Source: Nitrospirota bacterium (lineage in GTDB: Bacteria; Nitrospirota; Thermodesulfovibrionia; Thermodesulfovibrionales; Dissulfurispiraceae). From it: 38,303 nucleotides of DNA. Location of the stretch: contig JBFMCP010000033.1 of the NCBI GenBank assembly GCA_040754455.1, positions 1 through 38,303 of the forward strand. Direction: 5' to 3'. A program made the position numbers and the translations under genes. Positions within the stretch are counted from its first letter, which is position 1. The number at the start of each line of letters is the position of its first letter. Positions 25,231-34,019 of this stretch are shown here, one piece after another. Below the pieces are notes generated by a model. It worked only from the letters and a program-made list of their open reading frames with translations. It made no database searches and was not told the DNA's origin.

Positions 25231-27765
25231 TCATTCAAAACTTATGAACCGCTTGGGATCGATCTTCCGCGCCACTTTCGAAGGAATGATACCCGCTAGG
25301 ATGGTCGTCGCGAGGAGGAAGAGGATGACGAAGGAGAGAAAGAGCACGGGAATGCTGAAATGAATCTCCCATCCGAAAGAGACCTTATTGACGACATGAA
25401 TGAAAATAATACTCATGAGCGGCCCCATCAGGGTTCCCAAAAAGGTGCCGGCGATCCCGATAATGCCCGCCGCAAAGATGAGCATGCATTGTATCTGCCG
25501 CCAGTCTCCTCCGAGATACCTGATGATGCTGATATCTCTTTTTCTTTCGAGGACAAGGGCGAGCAGGGTATTGATGACCCCCATGAGAGAGACAACGATC
25601 GATATGAGCTCGATGGCATAAGTAATGGCAAAGCTCCTGTTGAAAATGGTCAGCACTTTGTCTCTGAGCTCGCTGCTGTTCATCACTTCCAGCGAGTACT
25701 TTGTTGACAGCTGTGCCCGCAGCTTTTGTGCAAACCGGTCGACGTCGGTGCCCTTCTTCACATAGACGGCCATCTGCGTCGCATCATCGAGCCCCCAGTA
25801 TTCCTTGAGCCATTTCCGGTCCATATAGATAAAGCCCGACGTGGTAGAGTAACTGCTGAAGGTGTCATTAACGATAAAGGCTTGCTTCCCCTTCGGTGTC
25901 TGGATCTCGAGGGGGTCGCCTTCGCGCAGTCCGTACTTTATGCTCAGATAGTTGGAGATCGCCACCTGTTTCCGCTGCCCCAGCTCCTTGAAACGCCCCT
26001 CCTCCTCGATATCGAAGTAGTTGACTTTTGAATGTCTTCTCTGCATTTCGATATCGCCGAATCCCGCTACTACTTTTCTGCCGAACAGGTCCAGGTGCAG
26101 TGTCCTGAACCGGTCGACGCCTGCAACCTCAGGGAAGCTCTGCACGATAGAGACGACTTCCTCCGAAAGAGGGTAGAAGCAGAAGTTCGAGGTGCATGAG
26201 GCCGGTTTGATGTAGATGTCTGCGGAGATGGTCCTCGCGATCCATGACTCAAGGGATTTCTTGAAAGAGAAGATGAGGGTCAGCAATGCGACGATCAGGG
26301 CGCCGCTGATCGCAACACTCATAAGGGAGACGGAGAAGCGGTATATATTCCCCTTCATGTCGCCTATAGTGATCTTTGCGGTCGCCTTGAGCAATCGTTC
26401 CGATGGCGTTCTGATCATCTTCAAGACGAGAGAGAGATAGAAGGGGGAGAGGAATGAAAAGCCTGCGATGATTGAGAGTATCCCCAGGTAGGCGAGGAAG
26501 GGGAACTCGAAAGGGGTATAGCGGTAATCGATATACGAGAGCACGCCGCCCGCTCCTATACAGAAAAGGCCGGCGAGCGCGAGCACTCCCTGATACTTCC
26601 GGTATTTGCTCTCGAAGGTCCCCTCTTTCGAGCTCTCGTTCGGTCTGATTCTCGACGCCTCAAAGGCCGGGACTGCTGAGGCAATGAGTGAGATCAGCAG
26701 ACCCAATCCCAGCGCCCTGAGCGCATCCCTCATACTTATAAGATAATCCGAGATTGCTATCGTGCCGTACATGGTCGAAATGGTCCGCTCCACGGCGATG
26801 ACGGAAAAGTAGGCGATAATCTGACCGAGGCCGATGCCGATCACCGATCCGATGAATCCCAACAGTATCCCCTGTATAGTAAACAGGAAGATGACCGTAT
26901 CTTTATCGGCCCCCAGGCTTCGTAAGATGCCGATTTCGGTCCTTCGCTTGACTACCGATATGAAGACCGTGTTGTAGAGCAGGAATATGCCGACGAGAAT
27001 CGCGATCAGGCTGATAAACTGGAGATTGTATCTGAAGGATGCCACAAGGGATTCCTGGCTCTTGATCACCTCCTCCTTCCTCTCGAGCGAGAGGTTGGGA
27101 GGAAGCATCCGCTGCAGTCTCTCAGCAGTATGGGCATCCGTTTCGAGGTCGATCCGTGAGAGAAGTCCCCATTTCCTGAAGTATTCCTGGAAGTTGCCGA
27201 GGTCCATGATCACGGTGTTCGCCGGGAGCTGCTCTGCGTCCAGGACATCGACGATTTCGAGGGGATACTCTTTGTCGTACACGAGCGCGTGGATGACCGC
27301 CCCTCTTTTCAGGCCGTGCTTTCCGGCAAATTTTTTCGATACCAGGATGCCGTTCTCTTTTCTGAAGAACTGTTCGACATCGAGATCCGTTGCAGCGCTT
27401 TCAGGAAGAAAACGGAGTGCTTTGACCGTGTAGAGGCCGTTGATATCAATGGTATCCTTGAGCGAGGGGACATTGCCGTTCACCTTTAGGAGGGGAAGGA
27501 TGCGTTCTTCTACATGGAGCACCTCCCTGTATACCCGCTCATCGAAATCGATCCCCGATATGTCGATGATCTCATAATTGGCACGGGGGTTTAACCCCTG
27601 TATTCCCGATTCGAAGGAGACCATGGCGCGGTCGGAGGCCACCTTCACGCCGATGAAAAGCCCGATGCCGAGAGCGACGCCGAGAATGGAAAGAGAGGTG
27701 AGGAACTTCTCTTCCCGTACATTCCTCAATACGAATATCCGTATCAGGGTGAGCAGCCGCTTCAT
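25231..27765 (-). CDS. ABC transporter permease, duplicated MacB/FtsX-type (AttF/G-like)
   Basis: Two MacB-PCD/FtsX halves; VVKRRTEIGILRSLG and ERKRDISIIRYLG; F.HV.NK.SFGW. Confidence 0.9.
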   Translation of the reverse strand: MKRLLTLIRIFVLRNVREEKFLTSLSILGVALGIGLFIGVKVASDRAMVSFESGIQGLNPRANYEIIDISGIDFDERVYREVLHVEERILPLLKVNGNVPSLKDTIDINGLYTVKALRFLPESAATDLDVEQFFRKENGILVSKKFAGKHGLKRGAVIHALVYDKEYPLEIVDVLDAEQLPANTVIMDLGNFQEYFRKWGLLSRIDLETDAHTAERLQRMLPPNLSLERKEEVIKSQESLVASFRYNLQFISLIAILVGIFLLYNTVFISVVKRRTEIGILRSLGADKDTVIFLFTIQGILLGFIGSVIGIGLGQIIAYFSVIAVERTISTMYGTIAISDYLISMRDALRALGLGLLISLIASAVPAFEASRIRPNESSKEGTFESKYRKYQGVLALAGLFCIGAGGVLSYIDYRYTPFEFPFLAYLGILSIIAGFSFLSPFYLSLVLKMIRTPSERLLKATAKITIGDMKGNIYRFSVSLMSVAISGALIVALLTLIFSFKKSLESWIARTISADIYIKPASCTSNFCFYPLSEEVVSIVQSFPEVAGVDRFRTLHLDLFGRKVVAGFGDIEMQRRHSKVNYFDIEEEGRFKELGQRKQVAISNYLSIKYGLREGDPLEIQTPKGKQAFIVNDTFSSYSTTSGFIYMDRKWLKEYWGLDDATQMAVYVKKGTDVDRFAQKLRAQLSTKYSLEVMNSSELRDKVLTIFNRSFAITYAIELISIVVSLMGVINTLLALVLERKRDISIIRYLGGDWRQIQCMLIFAAGIIGIAGTFLGTLMGPLMSIIFIHVVNKVSFGWEIHFSIPVLFLSFVILFLLATTILAGIIPSKVARKIDPKRFISFE

Positions 27766-28406
27766 TGAAAGATGGTCCCGTCTCTGATGCGCAGTTTTCG
27801 TGTGGCGTAATCGGTCAGATAGGCCTCATGGGTAACGAGCACCACGGTCTTCCCCGTCGCTTCGACGAGCTGCTTGAGGAGGTCCATGACCGATTTCCCT
27901 GTCTGGCTGTCGAGGCTCCCGGTCGGCTCGTCGGCAAGGATGATCTCGGGATCATGAATGAGGGCCCGCGCTATGGCGACGCGCTGCTGCTGACCGCCCG
28001 AGAGCTGGTGAGGGTAACGCTGCTCCTTGCCTTCGAGGCCAACGCGCCGTATGTATTCCCTGACCCTCTCTTCATCATCGATACCGTTCAGGAGGAGGGG
28101 CATCTGAATGTTTTCGAAGACCGTGATGTTCGGCAGGAGATTGAAGAACTGGAAGATAAAGCCGATCTTTGTGCGGCGGTAGAGCGTGAGTTGCTCATCG
28201 GTGTAGGATGAGATGTTTTCTCCGTCGACGATAATGGTGCCGCTTTCAGGCCGGTCCATGCCGCCGATGAGATTGAGGAGCGTCGATTTGCCCGAGCCCG
28301 AGCTGCCCATGATCGAGAGGAACTCCCCCCTGGCGATCTCTAGGTTGATCCCGCAGAGCACCCTTGTATCACCGTAATATTTTTCAACGCTCTCTAGTTT
28401 GATCAA
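27762..28406 (-). CDS. ABC transporter ATP-binding protein (LolD/AttE-like)
   Basis: GSSGSGKST Walker A, LSGGQQQRVAIARAL, ILADEPTG; TTG start behind GAGGGG. Confidence 0.93.
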   Translation of the reverse strand: MIKLESVEKYYGDTRVLCGINLEIARGEFLSIMGSSGSGKSTLLNLIGGMDRPESGTIIVDGENISSYTDEQLTLYRRTKIGFIFQFFNLLPNITVFENIQMPLLLNGIDDEERVREYIRRVGLEGKEQRYPHQLSGGQQQRVAIARALIHDPEIILADEPTGSLDSQTGKSVMDLLKQLVEATGKTVVLVTHEAYLTDYATRKLRIRDGTIFQ

Positions 28407-28423
28407 TGCGTACCCCTCATAGT

Positions 28424-28568
28424 ATCTACAAATCCTAAATCCGAAACGCGAAATCCTCAACAACGAGACAAATCCTAAATACCAAGCACTGAACTCTAAA
28501 CTAAAATACGTTTTTAGTTTTTGAGCATTCGAATTTGTTTAGAATTTAGGGTTTCGTGCTTAGAATTT
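28424..28568. repeat. Palindromic element built from heptamer arrays between attH-like and ABC ATPase genes (element F)
   Basis: Outer arms 28430-28463 and 28535-28568 complementary at ~26/34 positions (manual count); inner perfect stem AAACTAAAA-tacgt-TTTTAGTTT; unit AAATCCT. Confidence 0.88.
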
Positions 28569-28574
28569 CATCTA

Positions 28575-29627
28575 TTAATATCCTACCAGTTCAACATACG
28601 CCCGTCCCCGCACATTCCCTTCGACTGCGCAGGCGCCTTCCCAATAGTAGTTTCTCGTTGTCGCGGTCGCCAGGATTTCCTGATCCTGGAGCAGAGGGGT
28701 GATCTTGAGCGTCAGCCCTTCAGAAGGTATTTTTACCTCCCATTGCGAGGGATACCGGGCACCTGTTTTTTTCGAAGTATAGCGATCGAGCACCGTGATG
28801 CTGAAGTCATCAACCGGGAGGTGGCGGTAGCTGCCGGACTTATAAACAACCGTACCCGATGAATAACGGTCGATGGAGCCGTCCTTGTTCCGGATCAGAT
28901 ACAGCATGATCTCCCTGCCGTCGTCGAGCTGGAGAGCAAACCAGTCCCATCCGGTCTGGCTTTTACCGAGCCCCCGTGATGACAGCTCACGATCGAACCA
29001 GCTCTTTCCCGTTACCTGAAACGTAGTGGAGCCTATACGGAGCACTCCTTTTGTTTCCATACTGGTGTACGAGAAGTAGTACGAGGCGATCAGGGGAGAT
29101 TCTTCAGACTTGCGGGAGAAGCCGCTCTCACCATGGAGGACGACTGGTTTCGTAGGTACCAGTGTCAACTCCAGGGACTTATCGCGGTCCGAAGCCTTTA
29201 TATGCATCTCCTCCATTGTACCCTTAAGAAGGGCATCCCCGACCCAGACGCGTAACGCCGTATCCGACGCGCCGGAAACATCGAAGGCTCCCGCATCAGC
29301 ATTATCGGTATAATAGAACTTTTTGCCTGCTGCATCGGTAACGGCAAAATGTGAGATGTAAATAGCGTTTGTTCCGAACTCTGACCGATAGTCCCTCTTC
29401 TGGACACCGACGACAAAAAAGGTGAGCTCAAACCCGAACTCTCTTCCCTTTCCCTCAAACAGGTGGCCGGTTAGGTACCACCACTGGACTTGGTAATCCC
29501 TCTGAAAATGGAATGCATCAGGAAATTTCAACGGGCGGCCTGGAGTAACGTCCTGGTACTCCTGGGGAAAAGCAGTATACGGCCATACGAGGAACAGAAC
29601 GCAAAAAACAGGCAAGAGTCTTTTCAT
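28575..29627 (-). CDS. AttH/CrtC-like lipocalin-fold exported protein
   Basis: Signal peptide; FP.....H.DY..QWWY.TG, SYYFS, G.SWFDRE.S, GWDWF.LQL, YP..W, YWEG, GRAYVELVGY. Confidence 0.88.
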   Translation of the reverse strand: MKRLLPVFCVLFLVWPYTAFPQEYQDVTPGRPLKFPDAFHFQRDYQVQWWYLTGHLFEGKGREFGFELTFFVVGVQKRDYRSEFGTNAIYISHFAVTDAAGKKFYYTDNADAGAFDVSGASDTALRVWVGDALLKGTMEEMHIKASDRDKSLELTLVPTKPVVLHGESGFSRKSEESPLIASYYFSYTSMETKGVLRIGSTTFQVTGKSWFDRELSSRGLGKSQTGWDWFALQLDDGREIMLYLIRNKDGSIDRYSSGTVVYKSGSYRHLPVDDFSITVLDRYTSKKTGARYPSQWEVKIPSEGLTLKITPLLQDQEILATATTRNYYWEGACAVEGNVRGRAYVELVGY

Positions 29628-29682
29628 GCTCCCTCGACTTTCCAAAGAGGATATGTCCGTCTGCACGTTAACTTCTATAGGT

Positions 29683-29711
29683 AGTATACCCGGTGAGTGA
29701 TCCCCGCGCAA
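29683..29711 (-). promoter_or_regulatory. Promoter candidate for the attH-ABC operon
   Basis: TTGCGC-N17-TATACT on the minus strand. Confidence 0.45.
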
Positions 29712-29897
29712 TCAAGCCGCAGGGCGATTGCATCAGAGACGGTCACTGCGCTCGGGGTAATGGAGGGAAGGGGCACTCCAGGGAGCTTTCTCAATGCGCA
29801 TCTCCGCATCCCTTCCCGCTTCGTTCGCGTATTTTCCGGTTTTGATGCGTTTGCCCTGGGTTCTACCGCCTGGGGACGAAAGGCGGCGTATCGCTTG

Positions 29898-29906
29898 TGG
29901 TATAAT
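29898..29906 (+). promoter_or_regulatory. Extended -10 promoter candidate for the Crp/Fnr gene
   Basis: TGgTATAAT. Confidence 0.5.
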
Positions 29907-29998
29907 AAAAAGTGCCTTAAAGAACATACGGTTAAGGTGAACAGGCAGTATCACCCGTGTAATTATACGACATCAGAGCAGACCGGCAAAAAGTATCT

Positions 29999-30694
29999 AT
30001 GGAGTGCAGCCCGGAGGATTTGCGACATATTCCGATCTTCAGCGACCTCGACGAGCAGGAAAGAGGAGAGATACAGCCGTACGTGGTGCTGGAGCGCTTC
30101 GAAAAGAGGGAGGAGATATTTTCAGAGGGCGATCCTTCCGAATGGTTTTATATTGTCCTCAGCGGAAAGGTGAAGATCACCAAGCTCTCCCATGACGGCA
30201 GGGAGATTATCATAGAGGTGATTTCACCGCACGACTTTTTCGGCGGATTTGCGGTGCTGAAGGGATTCCCCTATCCTGCCAATGCAATCGCCATGGAGGA
30301 TGCCGTGGTATGCAAGATCGCGCGACACCATTTACTCAGGATTATCGACCGTTTCCCTTCGGTGATGTACGGCATTACGGCGAACCTCGGGGAGCGGATA
30401 CGTGATTCTCACGAGATGCTCAAGAATATTGCCCTCGAACGGGTGGAGGCGAGGATTGCTGCGCTTATCCTCAAACTCGCCGACAAGGCTGGTGTCCCGA
30501 CAAATAACGGTGAAAAGGCCATCGCAATGCGGCTTACCAAGCAGGACATTGCGGAGATGGTCGGGACGACTGTCGAAACATCCATCAGGATCATGAGCAG
30601 GTTCAGGAAGTCAGGTTTCATCGATGACGACAGCGGCAGGATCGTGGTAAAAGAGCCAAAGGCGCTGCAGTCCATTGTTGACCCCTCCTATTAA
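29999..30694 (+). CDS. Crp/Fnr family transcriptional regulator (no FNR N-terminal Cys cluster)
   Basis: IFSEGD....FYIVLSG.VKI, FFG, LTKQDIAEMVGTTVETSIR HTH. Confidence 0.93.
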   Translation: MECSPEDLRHIPIFSDLDEQERGEIQPYVVLERFEKREEIFSEGDPSEWFYIVLSGKVKITKLSHDGREIIIEVISPHDFFGGFAVLKGFPYPANAIAMEDAVVCKIARHHLLRIIDRFPSVMYGITANLGERIRDSHEMLKNIALERVEARIAALILKLADKAGVPTNNGEKAIAMRLTKQDIAEMVGTTVETSIRIMSRFRKSGFIDDDSGRIVVKEPKALQSIVDPSY

Positions 30695-30798
30695 TTTAAT
30701 TTATCAAGGCTTTGGCTTTATTGAAAAACGATACCATTTAAGTTAATCTAGGAGAATTCACCCGAAAGAGGCTGAAAAACCATGAGGAGGATAGTGAG

Positions 30799-31374
30799 AT
30801 GGCTGAAATGTTAGAAATCAGATGGCACGGCCGTGGCGGTCAGGGCACGGTTACGGCAGCCAAGGTGTTTGCTGATGCATGCCTGAGCGGAGGACGCTAT
30901 GTTCAGGCGTTTCCCGAGTATGGCCCGGAACGGGCAGGGGCTCCTCTGAGGGCATATAATAGAGTAAGCTCGAAGGAACTGAGGATGCACTGCCCTGTGC
31001 TGAAACCGAATATTGTTGCAGTGGTCGACGCGACCCTGCTTGATGCGATAAATGTAGCTGACGGCGCCCCGGATGATGCGGCGTTTATTGTCAACACGGC
31101 AAAAGACCCGAAGGAGATCCGGGAGAAACTGAAGGCAAAGCCGTCACAGAAGGTCTTTACCATCGATGCCACCAGGATCGCTATCGAGTGCTTCGGCAGA
31201 CCCATGCCGAATTCTCCCATGGTCGGCACACTGGCGAGGGTGTCAGGACTGGTGAGCCTCGAAAATATACTCGAAGACGTGAGGAAGAGCTTCGGAAAGA
31301 AATTTTCACAGAAGATCATAGATGGTAATCTTGAGGCAACGCGAAGAGGTTACGAGGAGGTTAGAGAGGGATGA
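30799..31374 (+). CDS. porC: Pyruvate:ferredoxin oxidoreductase gamma subunit
   Basis: EIRWHGRGGQG, AFPEYGPERAGAP; GAGGAGG RBS. Confidence 0.92.
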   Translation: MAEMLEIRWHGRGGQGTVTAAKVFADACLSGGRYVQAFPEYGPERAGAPLRAYNRVSSKELRMHCPVLKPNIVAVVDATLLDAINVADGAPDDAAFIVNTAKDPKEIREKLKAKPSQKVFTIDATRIAIECFGRPMPNSPMVGTLARVSGLVSLENILEDVRKSFGKKFSQKIIDGNLEATRRGYEEVREG

Positions 31375-31664
31375 AACTCAAAGGATGGAAAGAACTGAAG
31401 CCCGGAGCGGTGATTTCCGAGCCCGGCAGCGCCCTGAAATTCAAGACCGGCTCATGGAGAGCCTATAAACCGAAATGGATACCGGAGAACTGCATCCAGT
31501 GCATGTTCTGCTGGGTGTACTGCCCCGATATGGCAATAAAGGTCAAAGACGGAAAAAGAGAAGAGTTCGATTATGACTATTGCAAGGGCTGCGGCATCTG
31601 CGCCCTCGAATGTCCCGGCAAAAAAGGCAATAAGGCGATTGTGATGGAAGAGGAGGGCAAATAA
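31371..31664 (+). CDS. porD: Pyruvate:ferredoxin oxidoreductase delta subunit (2x[4Fe-4S])
   Basis: KTGSWR, CIQCMFCWVYCP, YCKGCGICALECP. Confidence 0.92.
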   Translation: MKLKGWKELKPGAVISEPGSALKFKTGSWRAYKPKWIPENCIQCMFCWVYCPDMAIKVKDGKREEFDYDYCKGCGICALECPGKKGNKAIVMEEEGK

Positions 31665-32857
31665 TGGGAACGAACGGAAAGAGAATCGTTGCAGTTACCG
31701 GTAACGAAGCGGTTGCCGAAGCAATGCGGCAGATCAATCCTGATGTCTGCGCTGCCTACCCCATCACTCCTGCAACCGATATCATGCAGCGCTTCGCCAG
31801 CTTTGTGTCGAACGGGAAGGTCAAAACAGAAATGGTCCTCGTCGAGAGCGAGCACAGCGCCATGAGCGCCTGCATTGGCGCATCCGCCGCAGGCGGCAGA
31901 GTCGCTACTGCCACCTCCTCACAGGGACTGGCCCTCATGTGGGAGGAGCTGTTTATCGCTTCCGGCAATCGGCTGCCCATCGTGATGTCACTGGTCAATA
32001 GGGCGCTTTCAGCACCGATCAATATCCACGGCGACCACTCCGACGGTATGGGCGCTCGCGACTGCGGCTGGATACATCTCTGGTCCGAGAATGCCCAGGA
32101 GGTCTACGATAATATGATCCAGTCGTTCCGCATTGCCGAGCACCTGGACATCAGGATGCCGGCCATGGTCTGTATGGACGGATTCATCATCAGCCATTCC
32201 ATCGAGAGAATGGAGTACCTGGATGACGAGACCGTCAGGAACTTTGTCGGCGAATTCAAGATCGTCAATCCCCTGCTCGATATCGAACACCCGGTGAGTT
32301 ACGGTCCGCTGATCCTGACCGATTACTATATGGAATACAGAAGGGCACATGCCGAGGTCATGTCGAAGGTCAAGAATGTGGTCCTTGATGTGGCAAAGGA
32401 TTTCGAGAGTATCTCGGGCAGAAAGTACGGCCTCTTCGAGACCTACCGGCTTGAAGACGCAGAGGTCGGCATCGTTGTCCTGAACTCTGCAGCAGGCACC
32501 ACAAAGGATGCCATCGATATGTTCAGGGACAAGGGCATCAAGGCAGGTCTTCTGAAGCCGAGGCTTTTCAGACCCTTCCCGTATGAGGAAGTCGGAGAGG
32601 CATTGAAGCATCTGAAGGCGATCTGTGTGCTCGACAGGGCCGATGCCTTCGGCGCCTCCTATGGTCCGCTCTTCATGGAGATTGCGGCGAGCCTCTTCCC
32701 CTTCAAGGAGAGGCCGGTGATGTTCAACAAGATCTACGGCCTGGGCGGAAGGGATTATCTGCCGGAGCATGCAGAGCTGGTGCTCAGCGAGCTTGCTGAA
32801 ACAGTGAAGACAGGAAAAGTAAAAACGTTCAAAGAGTATATAGGAGTGAGGGAATAA
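31664..32857 (+). CDS. porA: Pyruvate:ferredoxin oxidoreductase alpha subunit
   Basis: GNEAVA, AYPITP, ESEHSA, TSSQGL, NRALSAP..IHGDH. Confidence 0.93.
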   Translation: MGTNGKRIVAVTGNEAVAEAMRQINPDVCAAYPITPATDIMQRFASFVSNGKVKTEMVLVESEHSAMSACIGASAAGGRVATATSSQGLALMWEELFIASGNRLPIVMSLVNRALSAPINIHGDHSDGMGARDCGWIHLWSENAQEVYDNMIQSFRIAEHLDIRMPAMVCMDGFIISHSIERMEYLDDETVRNFVGEFKIVNPLLDIEHPVSYGPLILTDYYMEYRRAHAEVMSKVKNVVLDVAKDFESISGRKYGLFETYRLEDAEVGIVVLNSAAGTTKDAIDMFRDKGIKAGLLKPRLFRPFPYEEVGEALKHLKAICVLDRADAFGASYGPLFMEIAASLFPFKERPVMFNKIYGLGGRDYLPEHAELVLSELAETVKTGKVKTFKEYIGVRE

Positions 32858-32858
32858 C

Positions 32859-33821
32859 ATGGCGACACCACTGAGTCTGAAAGAACTTTCCAAAAAAGAG
32901 GTATTGTTTACCGGAGGCCACCGTATGTGCGCCGGCTGCGGCGCGCCGATCGTGGTCAAGATGGTGCTGCTCGCAGCTGAGCAGCCTGTGGTTGCAGCGA
33001 ATGCAACAGGATGTCTCGAAGTCTCTACCTGCATCTCCGAGTTCACCGCCTGGAAGATACCCTGGATCCATAATGCCTTTGAGAACGCGGCGGCAACTGC
33101 CTCGGGTGTCGAGACCATGTACCGTTCGCTGAAAAAGCAGGGCAAGATCGACAAGGACATCAAGTTCATCGCATTCGGCGGCGACGGCGGTACGTATGAC
33201 ATCGGCTTCCAGAGCCTTTCAGGGGCAATGGAACGTGGCCACGATCTGCTTTACATCTGCTACGATAACGGCGCCTATATGAACACCGGCATCCAGCGTT
33301 CGAGTGCAACGCCGTTCGGTGCCGACACCACCACCTGTCCTGCAGGCAGCGCTATCCCCGGAAAGCTGCAGCAGAGGAAAGACCTCTCCCGGATCATGGC
33401 AGCCCACGGCATCCCGTATGTGGCGCAGGCCTCGCCGAGCCACTGGTCCGACCTGGTGAAGAAGGTAAAGAAGGCGCTCTCGATTCCGGGCCCCAAGTTC
33501 ATGAATATTCTTTCCCCCTGCAACAGAGGTTGGAGATCGAGGACCGATGATGCCATACAGCTGAGCAGGACGGCGGTCGAGACCTGCTACTGGCCGCTCT
33601 TTGAAATCGAGAACGGCGTGACAAGGGTTACGGTCAAACCGAAAGAAAAGAAACCCCTTACGGAATTCCTCAAGCCCCAGGGCAGGTTCAAACACCTCTT
33701 TGCTCCTGAGAATGAACAGATGCTCAAACAGGCGCAGGAGCAGGTGGATGCCTACTGGCAGAGACTGCTCAGGGAAGAAGCGTTCACTGCTCAGGAAGGA
33801 TCAACAGAGAAAGTAGCGTAA
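32859..33821 (+). CDS. porB: Pyruvate:ferredoxin oxidoreductase beta subunit
   Basis: GHRMCAGC, ATGCLEV, GGDGG TPP motif, YDN.AYMNTGIQRS. Confidence 0.93.
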   Translation: MATPLSLKELSKKEVLFTGGHRMCAGCGAPIVVKMVLLAAEQPVVAANATGCLEVSTCISEFTAWKIPWIHNAFENAAATASGVETMYRSLKKQGKIDKDIKFIAFGGDGGTYDIGFQSLSGAMERGHDLLYICYDNGAYMNTGIQRSSATPFGADTTTCPAGSAIPGKLQQRKDLSRIMAAHGIPYVAQASPSHWSDLVKKVKKALSIPGPKFMNILSPCNRGWRSRTDDAIQLSRTAVETCYWPLFEIENGVTRVTVKPKEKKPLTEFLKPQGRFKHLFAPENEQMLKQAQEQVDAYWQRLLREEAFTAQEGSTEKVA

Positions 33822-33847
33822 CGGTAAGCGGTTATAAAGGCAGATTG

Positions 33848-33883
33848 AGGTCCTTGCAATAGGTATCGCAAGGGCCTTTTTTT
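33848..33883 (+). terminator. Rho-independent terminator of the por operon
   Basis: AGGTCCTTGC-N10-GCAAGGGCCT followed by a T run. Confidence 0.85.
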
Positions 33884-33908
33884 ATTCTAAACCAAGCACA
33901 AGGGAGTC

Positions 33909-33937
33909 TTGACGGTCGGGCATAAGGCTGATATAGT
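33909..33937 (+). promoter_or_regulatory. Sigma70 promoter of the binding protein/kinase pair
   Basis: TTGACG-N17-TATAGT with TG extension. Confidence 0.65.
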
Positions 33938-34019
33938 GAGGATATACGTACGGCAAGCTCGATAAGCCCGTAATTTTGAGCGCGGCGTCATGGCAGATTC
34001 ATCAACGTAAGGGGTCGTT

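Noticed and set aside
25046..25234. 62-aa ORF MTNNKSKKWEVRSRK...
   Set aside because: Translation of heptamer array D running antisense into the HPF-CSD gene; not a credible gene.
28407..28463. N-terminal extension MLRISRFGFRICR of the ABC ATPase
   Set aside because: Derived from repeat element F; a TTG with RBS at 28406 gives a typical N-terminus.
29733..29954. 73-aa minus-strand ORF in the attH-crp spacer
   Set aside because: No RBS or motif, and it overlaps the divergent promoter region.
30691..30740. FNR box upstream of porC
   Set aside because: Only an ATCAA half-site; no TTGAT at N4 spacing.
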